Translations under genes and position numbers: made by a program
Shown: positions 52,140-61,632 of the stretch, piece by piece
How positions within the stretch are numbered: position 1 is the stretch's first letter
How the letters are laid out: every line of letters starts with the position of its first letter
The notes under the pieces: model-generated
Told to the model about the DNA's origin: nothing
The model's input: the letters and a program-made list of their open reading frames with translations, nothing else
Databases searched by the model: none
From: Phycisphaerae bacterium
Lineage (GTDB): Bacteria > Planctomycetota > Phycisphaerae > SM23-33
Assembly (NCBI GenBank): GCA_041661865.1
Contig: JBAZTO010000004.1
Coordinates: 614-64,613, forward strand
DNA length: 64,000 nt
Direction of reading: 5' to 3'

Positions 52140-53168
52140 ATGGCCGACAACACTTACAGTGATCTTCTGCGGCGACTGCTGGCCGGCGAGAGCCTGTCGC
52201 GCGAGCAGTCGCACTGGGCCTTTTCGCAGATCATGGACGGGCAGTGGACCACCGCCCAGGTGGCCGGGCTGCTGGTGGGCCTGGCGGCCAAGGGCGAGAC
52301 CAGCGACGAAATCGCCGGCGCCGCCTCGGCCATGCGAGAGCACGTGGTGCCCATCGACACCGGCGGGGCGGACGTGATCGACACCTGCGGCACGGGCGGC
52401 ACGGGCCTGGCGACTTTCAACATTTCCACGGCCGCCGCGATGGTCTGCGCGGGCGCGGGCGTGAAGGTGGCCAAGCACGGCAACCGCACCCACACGCGGA
52501 CCTCGGGCTCCGCTGACGTGCTGGCGGCGCTGGGCGTGAACATCGACGCCGCGCCGGAAGTGGCCTCGGCCTGCCTGGCGCGGGCGGGCGTGTGCTTCTG
52601 CTTCGCCGTCCGCTGCCACCCGGCCATGAAGCACGCAATGCCCGTCCGCCGCGAGCTGGCTGTGCGGACGATCTTCAACCTGCTGGGCCCGCTGACCAAC
52701 CCCGCCGGGGCCCGGCGGCAGATGATGGGCATCTTCCGCGCGGACCTGACCGAAACGATCGCGAAGGTGCTGGCATCCCTGGGCGCCCTTCACGCCATGG
52801 TCATGCACGCCGAGGACGGCCTGGACGAGTTTTCGACGACCTGTGGCACCAAGGTCACCGAGTTGCGCGGGCCGAGCATCTCCACGCGGACGGTGCATCC
52901 GCATGATTTCGGCCTCCCCACCGCGCGAATGGCCGACCTGCTGGTCAGCAGCCCGCAGCAGTCGGCGGAGGTGATCCGCGGCGTGTTGGCCGGCAAGAAG
53001 GGCCCGGCGCGCGACATCGTGGTCCTCAACGCCGCCGCCGCCATCGCGGTGGCTGACCGAGTTGAGTCCATCGCCGCCGCCATTCCGCTGGCCCAGGAGG
53101 CCATCGACTCCGCCGCCGCCGCCGCCGCTTTGGACAAGCTCATCGGCGTGAGCAACGGAAGAGGATAG
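52140..53168 (+). CDS. trpD: anthranilate phosphoribosyltransferase
   Basis: GTGGDG-like motif CGTGGTGLATFNIST, KHGNR, NPAG motifs; TATAAT at 52099-52104 upstream. Confidence 0.92.
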   Translation: MADNTYSDLLRRLLAGESLSREQSHWAFSQIMDGQWTTAQVAGLLVGLAAKGETSDEIAGAASAMREHVVPIDTGGADVIDTCGTGGTGLATFNISTAAAMVCAGAGVKVAKHGNRTHTRTSGSADVLAALGVNIDAAPEVASACLARAGVCFCFAVRCHPAMKHAMPVRRELAVRTIFNLLGPLTNPAGARRQMMGIFRADLTETIAKVLASLGALHAMVMHAEDGLDEFSTTCGTKVTELRGPSISTRTVHPHDFGLPTARMADLLVSSPQQSAEVIRGVLAGKKGPARDIVVLNAAAAIAVADRVESIAAAIPLAQEAIDSAAAAAALDKLIGVSNGRG

Positions 53169-53191
53169 GAGACGCGACGATCGAAAAAGAA

Positions 53192-53212
53192 ACGCCCCCT
53201 TAGAGGGGGCGT
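53192..53212 (+). terminator. GC hairpin after trpD (no clear U-tract)
   Basis: ACGCCCCC-ttaga-GGGGGCGT. Confidence 0.4.
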
Positions 53213-53322
53213 CGGCCCAGAGATCCTATCCCTGGGGGGGTTCTTCAATGAATTATATCGGAGCCCGCGAGGCAAGAAACAAGAAAAAAGAAGAAAAAGC
53301 GAACCCCAGGGAATAACACTAA

Positions 53323-53973
53323 ACCATACAAAGAGTTATCGCGTACATTGACGGGTTTAACTTGTACTTCGGCCTACGCGAAAACAAGTGGCGAAGGTAT
53401 TACTGGCTCAACTTATGGGCCTTGGTACTCAGTCTACTGAAGCCTGACCAGAAGCTCGTCCTCACGAAGTATTTTACTGCCCGAATCGCTGGTGCTCGGC
53501 AAGGGGATCCTCCGATGCTAGCGCGTGAACTCGATGCCAAAGTCAAGCGGCAAGGCCTGTTTCTGGATGCCCTGAGTACTCTGCGAAACTTACAAGTCTT
53601 TGAAGGACACTATCTTGGGAAAACCGTGGAATGCTTCCGCTGTGGGGGGACGTGGCGAACCCACGAAGAAAAGATGACAGATGTGAACATCGCCACCGAG
53701 ATCTTGACGGATGCATTCAATGATCACTTTGACACGGCGATTCTGATCTCCGGGGATAGCGATCTTGTTCCTCCAGTACTGGCCGTAAGGCAGTATTTTC
53801 CCGGGAAGAAGATTGTTGCGGCCTTCCCACCGTCACGGACCTCCGAACAATTGAAGCGAGCGGTCAATGCCTATTTCGTCATCGGTGAAGCGAAGCTTCG
53901 GCAAAGTCAGTTCCCGGATTACGTCAAGAAATCAGATGGTTTCACTCTTGTTAGGCCACAGGAATGGCGATAG
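53323..53973 (+). CDS. NYN-domain (PIN-like nuclease fold) protein
   Basis: Frame opens at 53323 (stop at 53320); translation ..RVIAYIDGFNLYFGLR matches NYN N-terminal motif; no ATG/GTG before TTG 53362, so start codon is non-canonical or unresolved; low GC. Confidence 0.65.
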   Translation, partial: TIQRVIAYIDGFNLYFGLRENKWRRYYWLNLWALVLSLLKPDQKLVLTKYFTARIAGARQGDPPMLARELDAKVKRQGLFLDALSTLRNLQVFEGHYLGKTVECFRCGGTWRTHEEKMTDVNIATEILTDAFNDHFDTAILISGDSDLVPPVLAVRQYFPGKKIVAAFPPSRTSEQLKRAVNAYFVIGEAKLRQSQFPDYVKKSDGFTLVRPQEWR

Positions 53974-54024
53974 ACGGACCGCGGCCGGCGCTATGAACAA
54001 AGCGTACTTGACGCGACCGAACCG

Positions 54025-54777
54025 TTACTCTTCCCAGTATTTCGGGCGGCCGTAGTAGTCGTACAGACGAATCTCGTACTCGCGGTTGATCGGCGTCGAG
54101 GGATCAAAATGAGTACTGTGGCGGATCTGCTCGCGTGTCAGATCGACGCGCACTTCCCGGTCGGGCCAGTCCACCGATGTCACCCACGCCGGCGAGACCA
54201 GGACCTTCCGGCCGGGAATCCAGTTCCGCGTGTCGACGATCATGTAGCGGAGTACCCAGCCGTCGGTCTGGACCAGGAAGTCGGTGACGTGACCGACCTC
54301 CCCGTCGGTGGCGTGGATGTGATAGCCGGTCACCTCCTTGATGCTGCGAAGGTGCGGGTCGCCGGTCGTCGGCTTGGCCACCTCGGTGCCTGTCCGCGGC
54401 ACCGTTCCAATCGGAAGGATCATGCCCGTCATCGGCACGCCCAAGGGTGAAATCCAGTAGGGGGCCCAGTCGTAATAAATGGCCAACTGCTCCTCGTGCT
54501 GGCGTGAGACGGGCTGATGCGACTCGATGCCGGGACTGTTGGCCACCTTTTCCCTGGTCAACGCGACGGGAAGGATCGCCTGCGACCACTGGGGCTGGCT
54601 GATCACCAGCGGCGAGAGCAACACCTGCCGGCCGGTCAGCCACCCGCCGGACTCGACCGTCAGATAGCGAATGGCCCACGAATGATCGTCAAACAGGAAG
54701 TCCCTGGCGTGGCCCAGCGGGCCGTCGGTGGCCTCGATTCGATACCCGATGATTTCCTTGACGCTGCGAAGCATCAT
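54025..54777 (-). CDS. tandem PRC-barrel domain protein
   Basis: two repeats of KEIIGYRIEATDG.LGHARDFL / KEVTGYHIHATDGEVGHVTDFL PRC-barrel signatures. Confidence 0.8.
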   Translation of the reverse strand: MMLRSVKEIIGYRIEATDGPLGHARDFLFDDHSWAIRYLTVESGGWLTGRQVLLSPLVISQPQWSQAILPVALTREKVANSPGIESHQPVSRQHEEQLAIYYDWAPYWISPLGVPMTGMILPIGTVPRTGTEVAKPTTGDPHLRSIKEVTGYHIHATDGEVGHVTDFLVQTDGWVLRYMIVDTRNWIPGRKVLVSPAWVTSVDWPDREVRVDLTREQIRHSTHFDPSTPINREYEIRLYDYYGRPKYWEE

Positions 54778-54999
54778 AGTCTCCTGACCGGCGGGGTTGC
54801 CCTATGGACCTCTCGCCTCTAAACAATGGTAGGGGGCCTGATCGCCAGTGGCGAATCGCCGACGACGAATTCAGCAATCGCCGATTTTTCGATGCGGTGG
54901 AAGATGTGGCCGCCGGGCTGGTTGCCGCTTTCCCGTTACCTCTTCCTTTTCCCTTTTTTCGGGGCCTTGGGGTATAATCCGGTCTCGCAGGAGAACGCC

Positions 55000-56259
55000 A
55001 TGGATGCCGTCGCATACATCAACACGATTGCCCGCTCTGCCCGCAAGGCTGCCGCCGAACTGGCCCGCACCGCCGGGGCCGAGCGCAACGCCGCCCTGGC
55101 CGCCTGTGCCAAGGCCTTGCGCGAAGGGGCCGAGGCGATCGTTCAGGCCAACGCCAAAGACCTGGCCGCCGCGCAGGAGGCCAAGCTGCCCGCCGCCATG
55201 GTCGATCGTCTGCGCCTCAGCCCGGCGGGGATAGAGTCCATGGCCGCCGCCGTCGAACAGATCGCCGCCCAGAGCGACCCGGTAGGGCAGGCCATCGCCG
55301 CTTACAATCGGCCTAACGGCCTGCGGATCGAGAAGCGCCGCGTGCCCATCGGCGTCATCGGCATCATCTACGAGTCCCGTCCCAACGTGACGGCCGACGC
55401 GGCGGCCCTGTGCCTCAAGAGCGGCAACGCGTGCATTCTGCGCGGCGGCAAGGAAGCCCTGCACTCCAACGTGGCCATTGGCAAGATCCTCGCCCAGACC
55501 CTGGCCGCCACGGGCCTGCCCGCCGGCGCCGTCACCGTCATCGAGACAACCGACCGCGCCGTGGTGCCCGCGATGGCCACGGCTGAGGGGCTGATCGACC
55601 TGATTATTCCGCGCGGCGGCGAGCAGCTCATCCGCGCCGTCGTCCAGGCGGCCACCATTCCGGTCATCAAGCACTACGCGGGCAATTGCCACGTTTACGT
55701 CCACAGCCAGGCCGACCTGGAGATGGCCCAGCGCATCACCGTCAACGCCAAGTGCCAGCGGCCCGGCGTCTGCAACGCCGCCGAGACGCTGCTGGTCGAT
55801 GCCGCGGTGGCCGAGAAGTTCCTGCCCCTCGTGGCAGCCAGGCTGACCGCCGCCGGCGTGGAACTCCGCGGCTGCGAGCGGTCGCGCAGGATCGTGCCCT
55901 CGATGAAGGCCGCCTGCGAGGAAGACTGGCGGACGGAGTACCTGGACCTGATCCTGGCCGTCCGCGTGGTCGATGGCCTGGACCAGGCCGTCGAGCACAT
56001 CAACGCACATGGCTCGGGCCACACCGACGCCATTGTCACCGAGTCGCTCTCGGCGGCTGAGCGGTTCGTGGCCGCGGTGGACTCCTCCAGCGTGATGGTC
56101 AACGTCTCGACGCGTTTCAGCGACGGCGGGGAGTATGGCCTGGGGGCCGAGGTGGGCATCAGCACCGACAAACTCCACGCCCGCGGCCCGATGGGCGCCG
56201 AGGACCTGACCACCTACAAGTGGATCGTCACCGGCCACGGTCACCTTCGCGGACAATAG
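55000..56259 (+). CDS. proA: gamma-glutamyl phosphate reductase
   Basis: ATG 55000 with AGGAGA SD; catalytic Cys in NAKCQRPGVCNAAET; TATAAT at 54973-54978. Confidence 0.92.
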   Translation: MDAVAYINTIARSARKAAAELARTAGAERNAALAACAKALREGAEAIVQANAKDLAAAQEAKLPAAMVDRLRLSPAGIESMAAAVEQIAAQSDPVGQAIAAYNRPNGLRIEKRRVPIGVIGIIYESRPNVTADAAALCLKSGNACILRGGKEALHSNVAIGKILAQTLAATGLPAGAVTVIETTDRAVVPAMATAEGLIDLIIPRGGEQLIRAVVQAATIPVIKHYAGNCHVYVHSQADLEMAQRITVNAKCQRPGVCNAAETLLVDAAVAEKFLPLVAARLTAAGVELRGCERSRRIVPSMKAACEEDWRTEYLDLILAVRVVDGLDQAVEHINAHGSGHTDAIVTESLSAAERFVAAVDSSSVMVNVSTRFSDGGEYGLGAEVGISTDKLHARGPMGAEDLTTYKWIVTGHGHLRGQ

Positions 56260-56355
56260 CCCCGCCCTGCCTATCCGTCCTGCCTAGAATGTCGCACCAG
56301 CGAATCGGCCGCCACGGCATTGGGGCGGGGGTGCGGCTGGCCAGGGAGCACAAAA

Positions 56356-56631
56356 ATGACCATCTGGAGCGACTTGTTCCTGGGGCTTGTGGAGGTGGGT
56401 AAGGCCCACTACTGCCAGGCCGTCCACAAGGTCCGAAGCGTCGGGCCGGCGATCCTGCTGACCGTGATGGCGGCCATCGTGACGCTGTGGGGCCTGGGCC
56501 TGCTGGTGGCGTCGGTGTTCATCGGCGTCGCAAGTTGCATGGGATGCGTCTGGGCCGCGGTCATTTCGGCGATGCTCGCCTTTGCCATCGCCTCGGTCCT
56601 GGCCCTGATCGCCGTGCGAGTCCGCCGGTAA
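56356..56631 (+). CDS. small membrane protein, holin-like
   Basis: 91-aa from internal Met, two TM helices. Confidence 0.4.
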   Translation: MTIWSDLFLGLVEVGKAHYCQAVHKVRSVGPAILLTVMAAIVTLWGLGLLVASVFIGVASCMGCVWAAVISAMLAFAIASVLALIAVRVRR

Positions 56632-56725
56632 GCCGCCGCGGCAAGGCTTTCACTTCCCGCGACCCTATAATGGAGTGACCGCACGGGAGACGCATCTCCG
56701 TGCTTTGGGTCCAGGAGTGTGAACC

Positions 56726-56908
56726 ATGTTGTACTGGGCCGTTGTATTCTTCGTTGTGTCGATCATCGCAGCGATATTCGGATTCACGGGGTTCGCTATG
56801 GGCGCCGCCATGGTTGCTCAGGTTCTGTTCTTCGTATTCCTGGCCATGTTCCTGGCGACCCTTATCATGGGGCTCAGCGGACGCCATACGCCGCATCCTC
56901 GTATGTGA
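56726..56908 (+). CDS. DUF1328 small membrane protein
   Basis: MLYWAVVFFVVSIIAAIFGFTGFA...VLFFVFLAMFL typical of DUF1328/YtjA. Confidence 0.65.
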   Translation: MLYWAVVFFVVSIIAAIFGFTGFAMGAAMVAQVLFFVFLAMFLATLIMGLSGRHTPHPRM

Positions 56909-56962
56909 GCATCCGTGCCCCCAGGACGCGACCAAGACCAGGTTCTAGCCTGGCGCAAGGGC

Positions 56963-56993
56963 GGGTGCCGTGGTCGCGGCGTTTGCGACCACG
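56963..56993. repeat. GGGTGCC-GTGGTCGC-ggcgttt-GCGACCAC palindromic REP (identical 31-mer to 11210-11240)
   Basis: followed by GGCCCTGTTT...AAACAGGGCC hairpin (57000-57045). Confidence 0.55.
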
Positions 56994-57198
56994 TGGCTGG
57001 CCCTGTTTATTGGCGGCGTGGGGCAAGTCCAAACAGGGCCGATTGCGAGGAATATAGGCGCACACGTCAATGAGAGCTATATTTCCACCTCTTGGGTTTT
57101 TCGCTGCCGCCGTGTGCCTAGAATTCGACAAAAGGGAACAGGCCTGGGATAGGTGCGGGCCCTGGATCTTGGTTCCCGGAAAGAAGACAAGGTGACAC

Positions 57199-57774
57199 AT
57201 GGCGACGACTTTGGGGAAGTTTCGATGGGCGTCAGCCTTACGCGGACTGGCCGCAATTGCGTTCGGCATACTGGCACTCACCTGGCCGGCTATCACCGTG
57301 ATAGTGCTGCTGGCCCTGTTCGGGGCTTATGCCATTCTGGACGGTCTTTTTGCCCTGGTGGCTTCGTTTCAAAGACGCACGCGAGTGTTTCGTGAAGGAT
57401 GGCTGGTGCCGCTGGTGGGCATATTGAGCATCGCGATCGGCGTGCTCGCGTTCGCCCGGCCGGGGATCACCGCGATCGTGCTGCTGCTGGTGATTGCGGC
57501 TCGCGCCATCTTCGCGGGAGTGCTGGAGATTGCCGCAGCCATCCACTACCACAAGAGGATTCGGGGCGAGTGGCTCCTGGCGCTGGGCGGGGGGCTGTCG
57601 GTGGCCTTCGGCCTGCTGGTGTTCGCCTACCCGCTGGAAGGCGCCCTGGCGGCCCTGTGGCTGATCGGCGTGTATGCGATCCTGGTCGGGTCGGCGCAGA
57701 TCGTTTTCGCCCTGTCGGCCAAGACGTTGGTCGAAGAGATCGAGCGGCCCACCAGCCCACCGCTGCCGGCATAA
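57199..57774 (+). CDS. HdeD-family (DUF308) acid-resistance membrane protein
   Basis: repeated GxxxIxxGxxxI helices, 191 aa, 6 TM. Confidence 0.8.
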   Translation: MATTLGKFRWASALRGLAAIAFGILALTWPAITVIVLLALFGAYAILDGLFALVASFQRRTRVFREGWLVPLVGILSIAIGVLAFARPGITAIVLLLVIAARAIFAGVLEIAAAIHYHKRIRGEWLLALGGGLSVAFGLLVFAYPLEGALAALWLIGVYAILVGSAQIVFALSAKTLVEEIERPTSPPLPA

Positions 57775-57916
57775 GCGGCGCGGGCGGGCTGCGAGAGTGT
57801 GTGTTTGCGCCCTGGGCTACAGGGATCGGAGCCTTGTAGCCCAGGGCAGCGTCGCTGAGTAATGGCGGCGCGCAAAATCGATCTGGCGGGCGGGGGCAGC
57901 GGGGGGTGCGAGTGGT

Positions 57917-58111
57917 TTACTCGACGATTTCCAGCAGACGCTGGGCCAGGCGGACGTGGCGCTGCTTGTCAGCCAGGAGTTGCTCCAGCTCTTGCGCGGC
58001 GTGGGGGTCTCGGACACCTGCATGGATTAGCCCGGCGTAGGCCTGCTCGGCTTCCTGCGCCTTGGCCAGGAGTTGCGAGAACTGCTCGCGAAGCAAGGCC
58101 TGCTCAAGCAT
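57917..58111 (-). CDS. hypothetical small helical protein
   Basis: 64-aa ORF overlapping the upstream small gene by 8 nt. Confidence 0.3.
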   Translation of the reverse strand: MLEQALLREQFSQLLAKAQEAEQAYAGLIHAGVRDPHAAQELEQLLADKQRHVRLAQRLLEIVE

Positions 58112-58346
58112 CGCCGATCCCGCCTTTCAGCCGCCGCGACAGCAGGTCCACGGCACTGCGGTGGGCCTCGTTGTCCAGACGCAGGGCCTGGAGAATGGCG
58201 AAAACCTCCGCCCGCTGCTCGTCATCGAAACATTCAACGTGCTGGACTTCATCGGTGGTCTCGGCGAGTTTCTGGGCCAGTTGCTGTTCCAGGCCAGCCA
58301 GAAGCGATACGGAGGGATTGATGATTTCCGCGGCCGCCATGTCCAT
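58104..58346 (-). CDS. hypothetical small helical protein
   Basis: 80-aa from MDMAAAEI; ORF track extends to 58460 into tRNA-flanking DNA. Confidence 0.3.
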   Translation of the reverse strand: MDMAAAEIINPSVSLLAGLEQQLAQKLAETTDEVQHVECFDDEQRAEVFAILQALRLDNEAHRSAVDLLSRRLKGGIGDA

Positions 58347-58482
58347 GGTTCCATCCACAATGTTCAAGAGGTGCATACCCCTCGTCCAAATGGGCATTAT
58401 CACGCAAAATGGCCGAAAATTCAAGGAAAATCCGAAAAAACGCCATGTAAATCCAGCCAAACAACCTCACAAAAGACCTGAC

Positions 58483-58567
58483 TGCCCGGGACAGGAGTTG
58501 AACCTGCATGGGACAAAGTCCCACCAGCCCCTCAAGCTGGCGCGTCTGCCAATTCCGCCACCCGGGC
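58483..58567 (-). tRNA. tRNA-Leu (anticodon GAG)
   Basis: 85-nt cloverleaf: acceptor GCCCGGG/CCCGGGC, D-arm GCGGAATTGGCAGACGC, anticodon stem CCAGC/GCTGG with loop TTGAGGG, long variable arm GGGAC-TTT-GTCCC, T-loop TTCAACT, discriminator A; close to E. coli tRNA-Leu D-arm. Confidence 0.85.
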
Positions 58568-58644
58568 CTTGGGTGAACCCGCTAAACTATTCTACTTGCC
58601 GGCCAAAGTCAAGTCGCTCAATTCGGGCTTTGGCCTGGGCTGCC

Positions 58645-60402
58645 TCAGGCGGGCTTGTCCTCGCTGGGCGGAGGAGTGGCGTCCTGGGGCGCGGGGCTCT
58701 GCGCGGGCGGATTGCCCTGCTCAGTGGCGGAGGAAGCGTCAGACGGAGCGGCCTGCTGGATATCTTCCTCGATGTAGACCTCGTTCATCTCCGTCGCGTC
58801 GACTTTGCGGCGAAGCAGGCAGTAGATGATCGTCGTGCTGCTGGCGATGTAGGACAGCAGGAAGGCGCCCAGCAGGGCACTGACCAGGTAGACCCAGAAG
58901 GCCACCAGGAAGGCGCCGGCCTTCTCGCCGCCGCTCATGATCGCCCAGTTGAACGGGCCGTGAAGGTCCATCAGCGTGGGGGCGCTCCAGAGTACGTCCA
59001 GGCGTGTGGCGCCCTCGCCCAGGCCCTTGCCGCCGGTGAAGACGCCCCAGTTGGCGAAGTAGTGGGCCGAGGCCAGGGCCAGCCAGGCGAACACGCGGAC
59101 GACCAGGTACCAGACCGAGCCGAAGACCACCGCCACCAGGCCGTACCACGCGGCCCGCCACGGGCGATCGAAAACGTAGCTGAAGCCGCGGCTGATGGCG
59201 TCGAAGTTGTCCGAGCCCTCCACCGCGATGGCGGGGTACATCAGGCTCGATCCGCAGACCAGGCCCACGATCAGGAACGCGATGGCGAAGCCGGCGATGA
59301 TGGCCAGGAAGAACAGCAGCCCTGCGATGAAGGCCCCTACGCCCCAGAGGTTCAGGACCAGCCCGCCGATGGCCAGCAGCAGACCCAGCAGCAGGATCAG
59401 GCCCAGCGGAATCAGCGGGGCACTGAAGAAGCTGATGAACTTGCCGGAGGAGAATCTCAGCGCCTGGGACATGGACATCTTCTCATCGCGGGCGAACTGG
59501 AGCGCGGCGATGCGGTGAATGGCTCCGCCGAACAGGGCCCACGCGGCCAGTGCGACGGCCAGGAAGATGATTCCGAACACACAATGCTGCGAGAGCATCC
59601 AGGCGGCGCCTTTGACGCCGCGAATGACCCAGTAGAGGAAGCCGCCGGCTTCGCCTTCGACGATCAGGCCGCCCAGCAGATTGGCATGCCAGACCGACGA
59701 AATGGCATTATTGATGCACGTGGCTTCGTGGATCAGCAGCGACTGGAAGATCCCGTTGCCCCGGATGGCCTGGGCCTGCTCGGTGAAGGCCTTCTCGCGG
59801 GCGGTCAGCAGTTGCATGCCCTTGTTGTAGTCGGCGTCGTATTCCTTCTTCTCTTTGCGGGTCTGGGCCAGCAGGTCGCTGATCCTGTCGGCCTCGTCGT
59901 CGGCATCTCTCCTCGCCGCGACGTACACCTTCCGCCAGCTCTTCCTGGCGTCTTCGAGATAGAAGGACGCGCTGCGGCTCTCGTACTGCCCGGCCTTTTC
60001 GTCGGCGTTGGCCTTGGCCAGTTTTTCGCGGAAAGCATCGCTGAACGGGCCATAGGGGAGGCTCTGGGTGAAGGCCGTCAGGTCATGCGCCTCGCGGTGG
60101 GCGTCGGCGGCCAGGCGCGCGACGGCCTCGATTCGTCCGTTCTTCCAGTCGGCCTTGGCCGCGGAAAACTCGCCGGCGGGCACGGCCAGGTATTTGTCGA
60201 TCTCGCCGCGCATCGCCCGGCTGCCGGCGGCGCCCCACATTCCGTCCATCACCCGCCCGCAGAAGTACACCAGCACGACGGCCGCCAAGGCCAGCATCAG
60301 CTTGCTGGGGTGCATGGCGATGCGGAAGCTCTTGAAGATGTGCGTGAAGGGAAAGACCTCATTCCAGTTGATGCCGCGTAGCTCATGGGGGTCATTGGCC
60401 AT
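58645..60402 (-). CDS. large polytopic membrane protein, hypothetical
   Basis: 585-aa, N-terminal helical domain then about 8 TM segments, acidic Pro-rich C-terminus. Confidence 0.65.
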   Translation of the reverse strand: MANDPHELRGINWNEVFPFTHIFKSFRIAMHPSKLMLALAAVVLVYFCGRVMDGMWGAAGSRAMRGEIDKYLAVPAGEFSAAKADWKNGRIEAVARLAADAHREAHDLTAFTQSLPYGPFSDAFREKLAKANADEKAGQYESRSASFYLEDARKSWRKVYVAARRDADDEADRISDLLAQTRKEKKEYDADYNKGMQLLTAREKAFTEQAQAIRGNGIFQSLLIHEATCINNAISSVWHANLLGGLIVEGEAGGFLYWVIRGVKGAAWMLSQHCVFGIIFLAVALAAWALFGGAIHRIAALQFARDEKMSMSQALRFSSGKFISFFSAPLIPLGLILLLGLLLAIGGLVLNLWGVGAFIAGLLFFLAIIAGFAIAFLIVGLVCGSSLMYPAIAVEGSDNFDAISRGFSYVFDRPWRAAWYGLVAVVFGSVWYLVVRVFAWLALASAHYFANWGVFTGGKGLGEGATRLDVLWSAPTLMDLHGPFNWAIMSGGEKAGAFLVAFWVYLVSALLGAFLLSYIASSTTIIYCLLRRKVDATEMNEVYIEEDIQQAAPSDASSATEQGNPPAQSPAPQDATPPPSEDKPA

Positions 60403-60573
60403 GGTCTGTCCTTTCTTTTCTGTTCCCGCCTCGGATCCTGAGTCGCCCGCGACGCGAGCTTCCCGGACGCCGCCGCGCCCGATCAGCGCCGACAGCGACC
60501 CGTTGACAAAGGATTATAGGTGAGCCAACCCTTGTTGCAACGCTTTTTGGCAGCCCAGCCTATGAAAGCGGGC

Positions 60574-60897
60574 CTACTTGTCCTTCTTCTTGGGCTTGGC
60601 GGGGGTGGAGTCCTTGGCCTTGGAATCGCCCGTCGAGGCGGCGGAGGAGGAGGACGAGGAGGACGAGCCGGAAGAATCGCTCTTCTCCTTCTCGGCGCCC
60701 TTGCGGTAGGAATCGCTGCGATAGTCGGTCTGGTAGAAGCCGCTGCCCTTGAAGATGATGCCCGCCCCCGTGCCGATCAGGCGGCGGACCTTGTTCTTCT
60801 TGCAGGCGGGGCACTTGCGGATAGGCAGTGCGACGATCGATTGAAACTGTTCAAACTTCTCGCCGCAGGCCTGGCACTCGTAGTCGTATGTCGGCAT
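60574..60897 (-). CDS. FmdB-family zinc-ribbon regulatory protein
   Basis: MPTYDYECQACGEKF...CPACKK (CxxC-x-CxxC) followed by Ser-rich tail; start at internal Met with GGATGGAG SD. Confidence 0.75.
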   Translation of the reverse strand: MPTYDYECQACGEKFEQFQSIVALPIRKCPACKKNKVRRLIGTGAGIIFKGSGFYQTDYRSDSYRKGAEKEKSDSSGSSSSSSSSAASTGDSKAKDSTPAKPKKKDK

Positions 60898-60904
60898 AGA
60901 CAAC

Positions 60905-61000
60905 TCCATCCGATTGCAAATTGTTGAACTGCAAATCGCCCATTGCTCAACGCTGAGGAGAGAACTCTTTAACTTGCAATTTGCGATCGGCAAATACCCA
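60905..61000. promoter_or_regulatory. TTGCAAAT-type repeats/palindromes upstream of fmdB
   Basis: gaTTGCAAATtgttgaacTGCAAATcgcc ... aacTTGCAATTTGCgatcgGCAAATacc. Confidence 0.3.
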
Positions 61001-61011
61001 ATCGTCTTGTA

Positions 61012-61599
61012 TCACTTCTCGCCGGACTCCTGGGCCGTTTCCCCGGCCTCATCGGGCAGCTTGGAAACCACCACCGCTGCCGGGCGGATGGTCCGGCCCT
61101 TGAGTTGGAAGCCCCGCTGAAGCTCGGTCAGCACCGTGTTGGGCGGGCACTTGTCCGACGGCTGCTGCATCAGGGCCGAGTGTTTCTCCGGGTCGAAATG
61201 CTCGCCCTCAGCCTTGATGACGCTCAGGCCGTAGCGGCCGAGGATCTCGAAGGCCTTGTTGTAGACCAGTTCCATGCCCACCAGCAGCGGATCGTCGGCG
61301 GCGTGGTTGACCATCGCGGCCTTGAGGCCCCGGTCCATGTCGTCCAGCACGACCAGGAAACTCTTGATCAGGTCGGCGTTGGCGTATTCGCGGGCCTCGG
61401 TGATGTCCCGCTGGACGCGCTTCTGGTAGTTCATGAACTCCGCCGAGACGCGTTGGAGGCGCGCTAGCAGGTCGTCCCGCTCGGCCTGGAGTTTGTCCAG
61501 ATCGCCGGCCGGTTCCCGCGGCGCGGCGGCTGCGGGCTGGTCGGGGCTGGGTTGAGAGGCCGGCTCAGCCGAATCGTCCTGTTTGTGTTTCTTGTTCAT
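61012..61599 (-). CDS. grpE: nucleotide exchange factor GrpE
   Basis: coiled-coil N-terminus, FMNYQKR... GrpE signature. Confidence 0.92.
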   Translation of the reverse strand: MNKKHKQDDSAEPASQPSPDQPAAAAPREPAGDLDKLQAERDDLLARLQRVSAEFMNYQKRVQRDITEAREYANADLIKSFLVVLDDMDRGLKAAMVNHAADDPLLVGMELVYNKAFEILGRYGLSVIKAEGEHFDPEKHSALMQQPSDKCPPNTVLTELQRGFQLKGRTIRPAAVVVSKLPDEAGETAQESGEK

Positions 61600-61632
61600 G
61601 TCGCACCGATTCGTGATGTCCCCATGACCATG

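Noticed and set aside
57862-60381. 839-aa + strand ORF (similar long opposite-strand ORFs occur at 5964-7409, 20064-21302, 24100-25761, 41892-44627, 36799-38655)
   Set aside because: These are high-GC antisense artefacts overlapping well-supported genes on the other strand. The translations are Gly/Arg/Ala-rich with no motifs.
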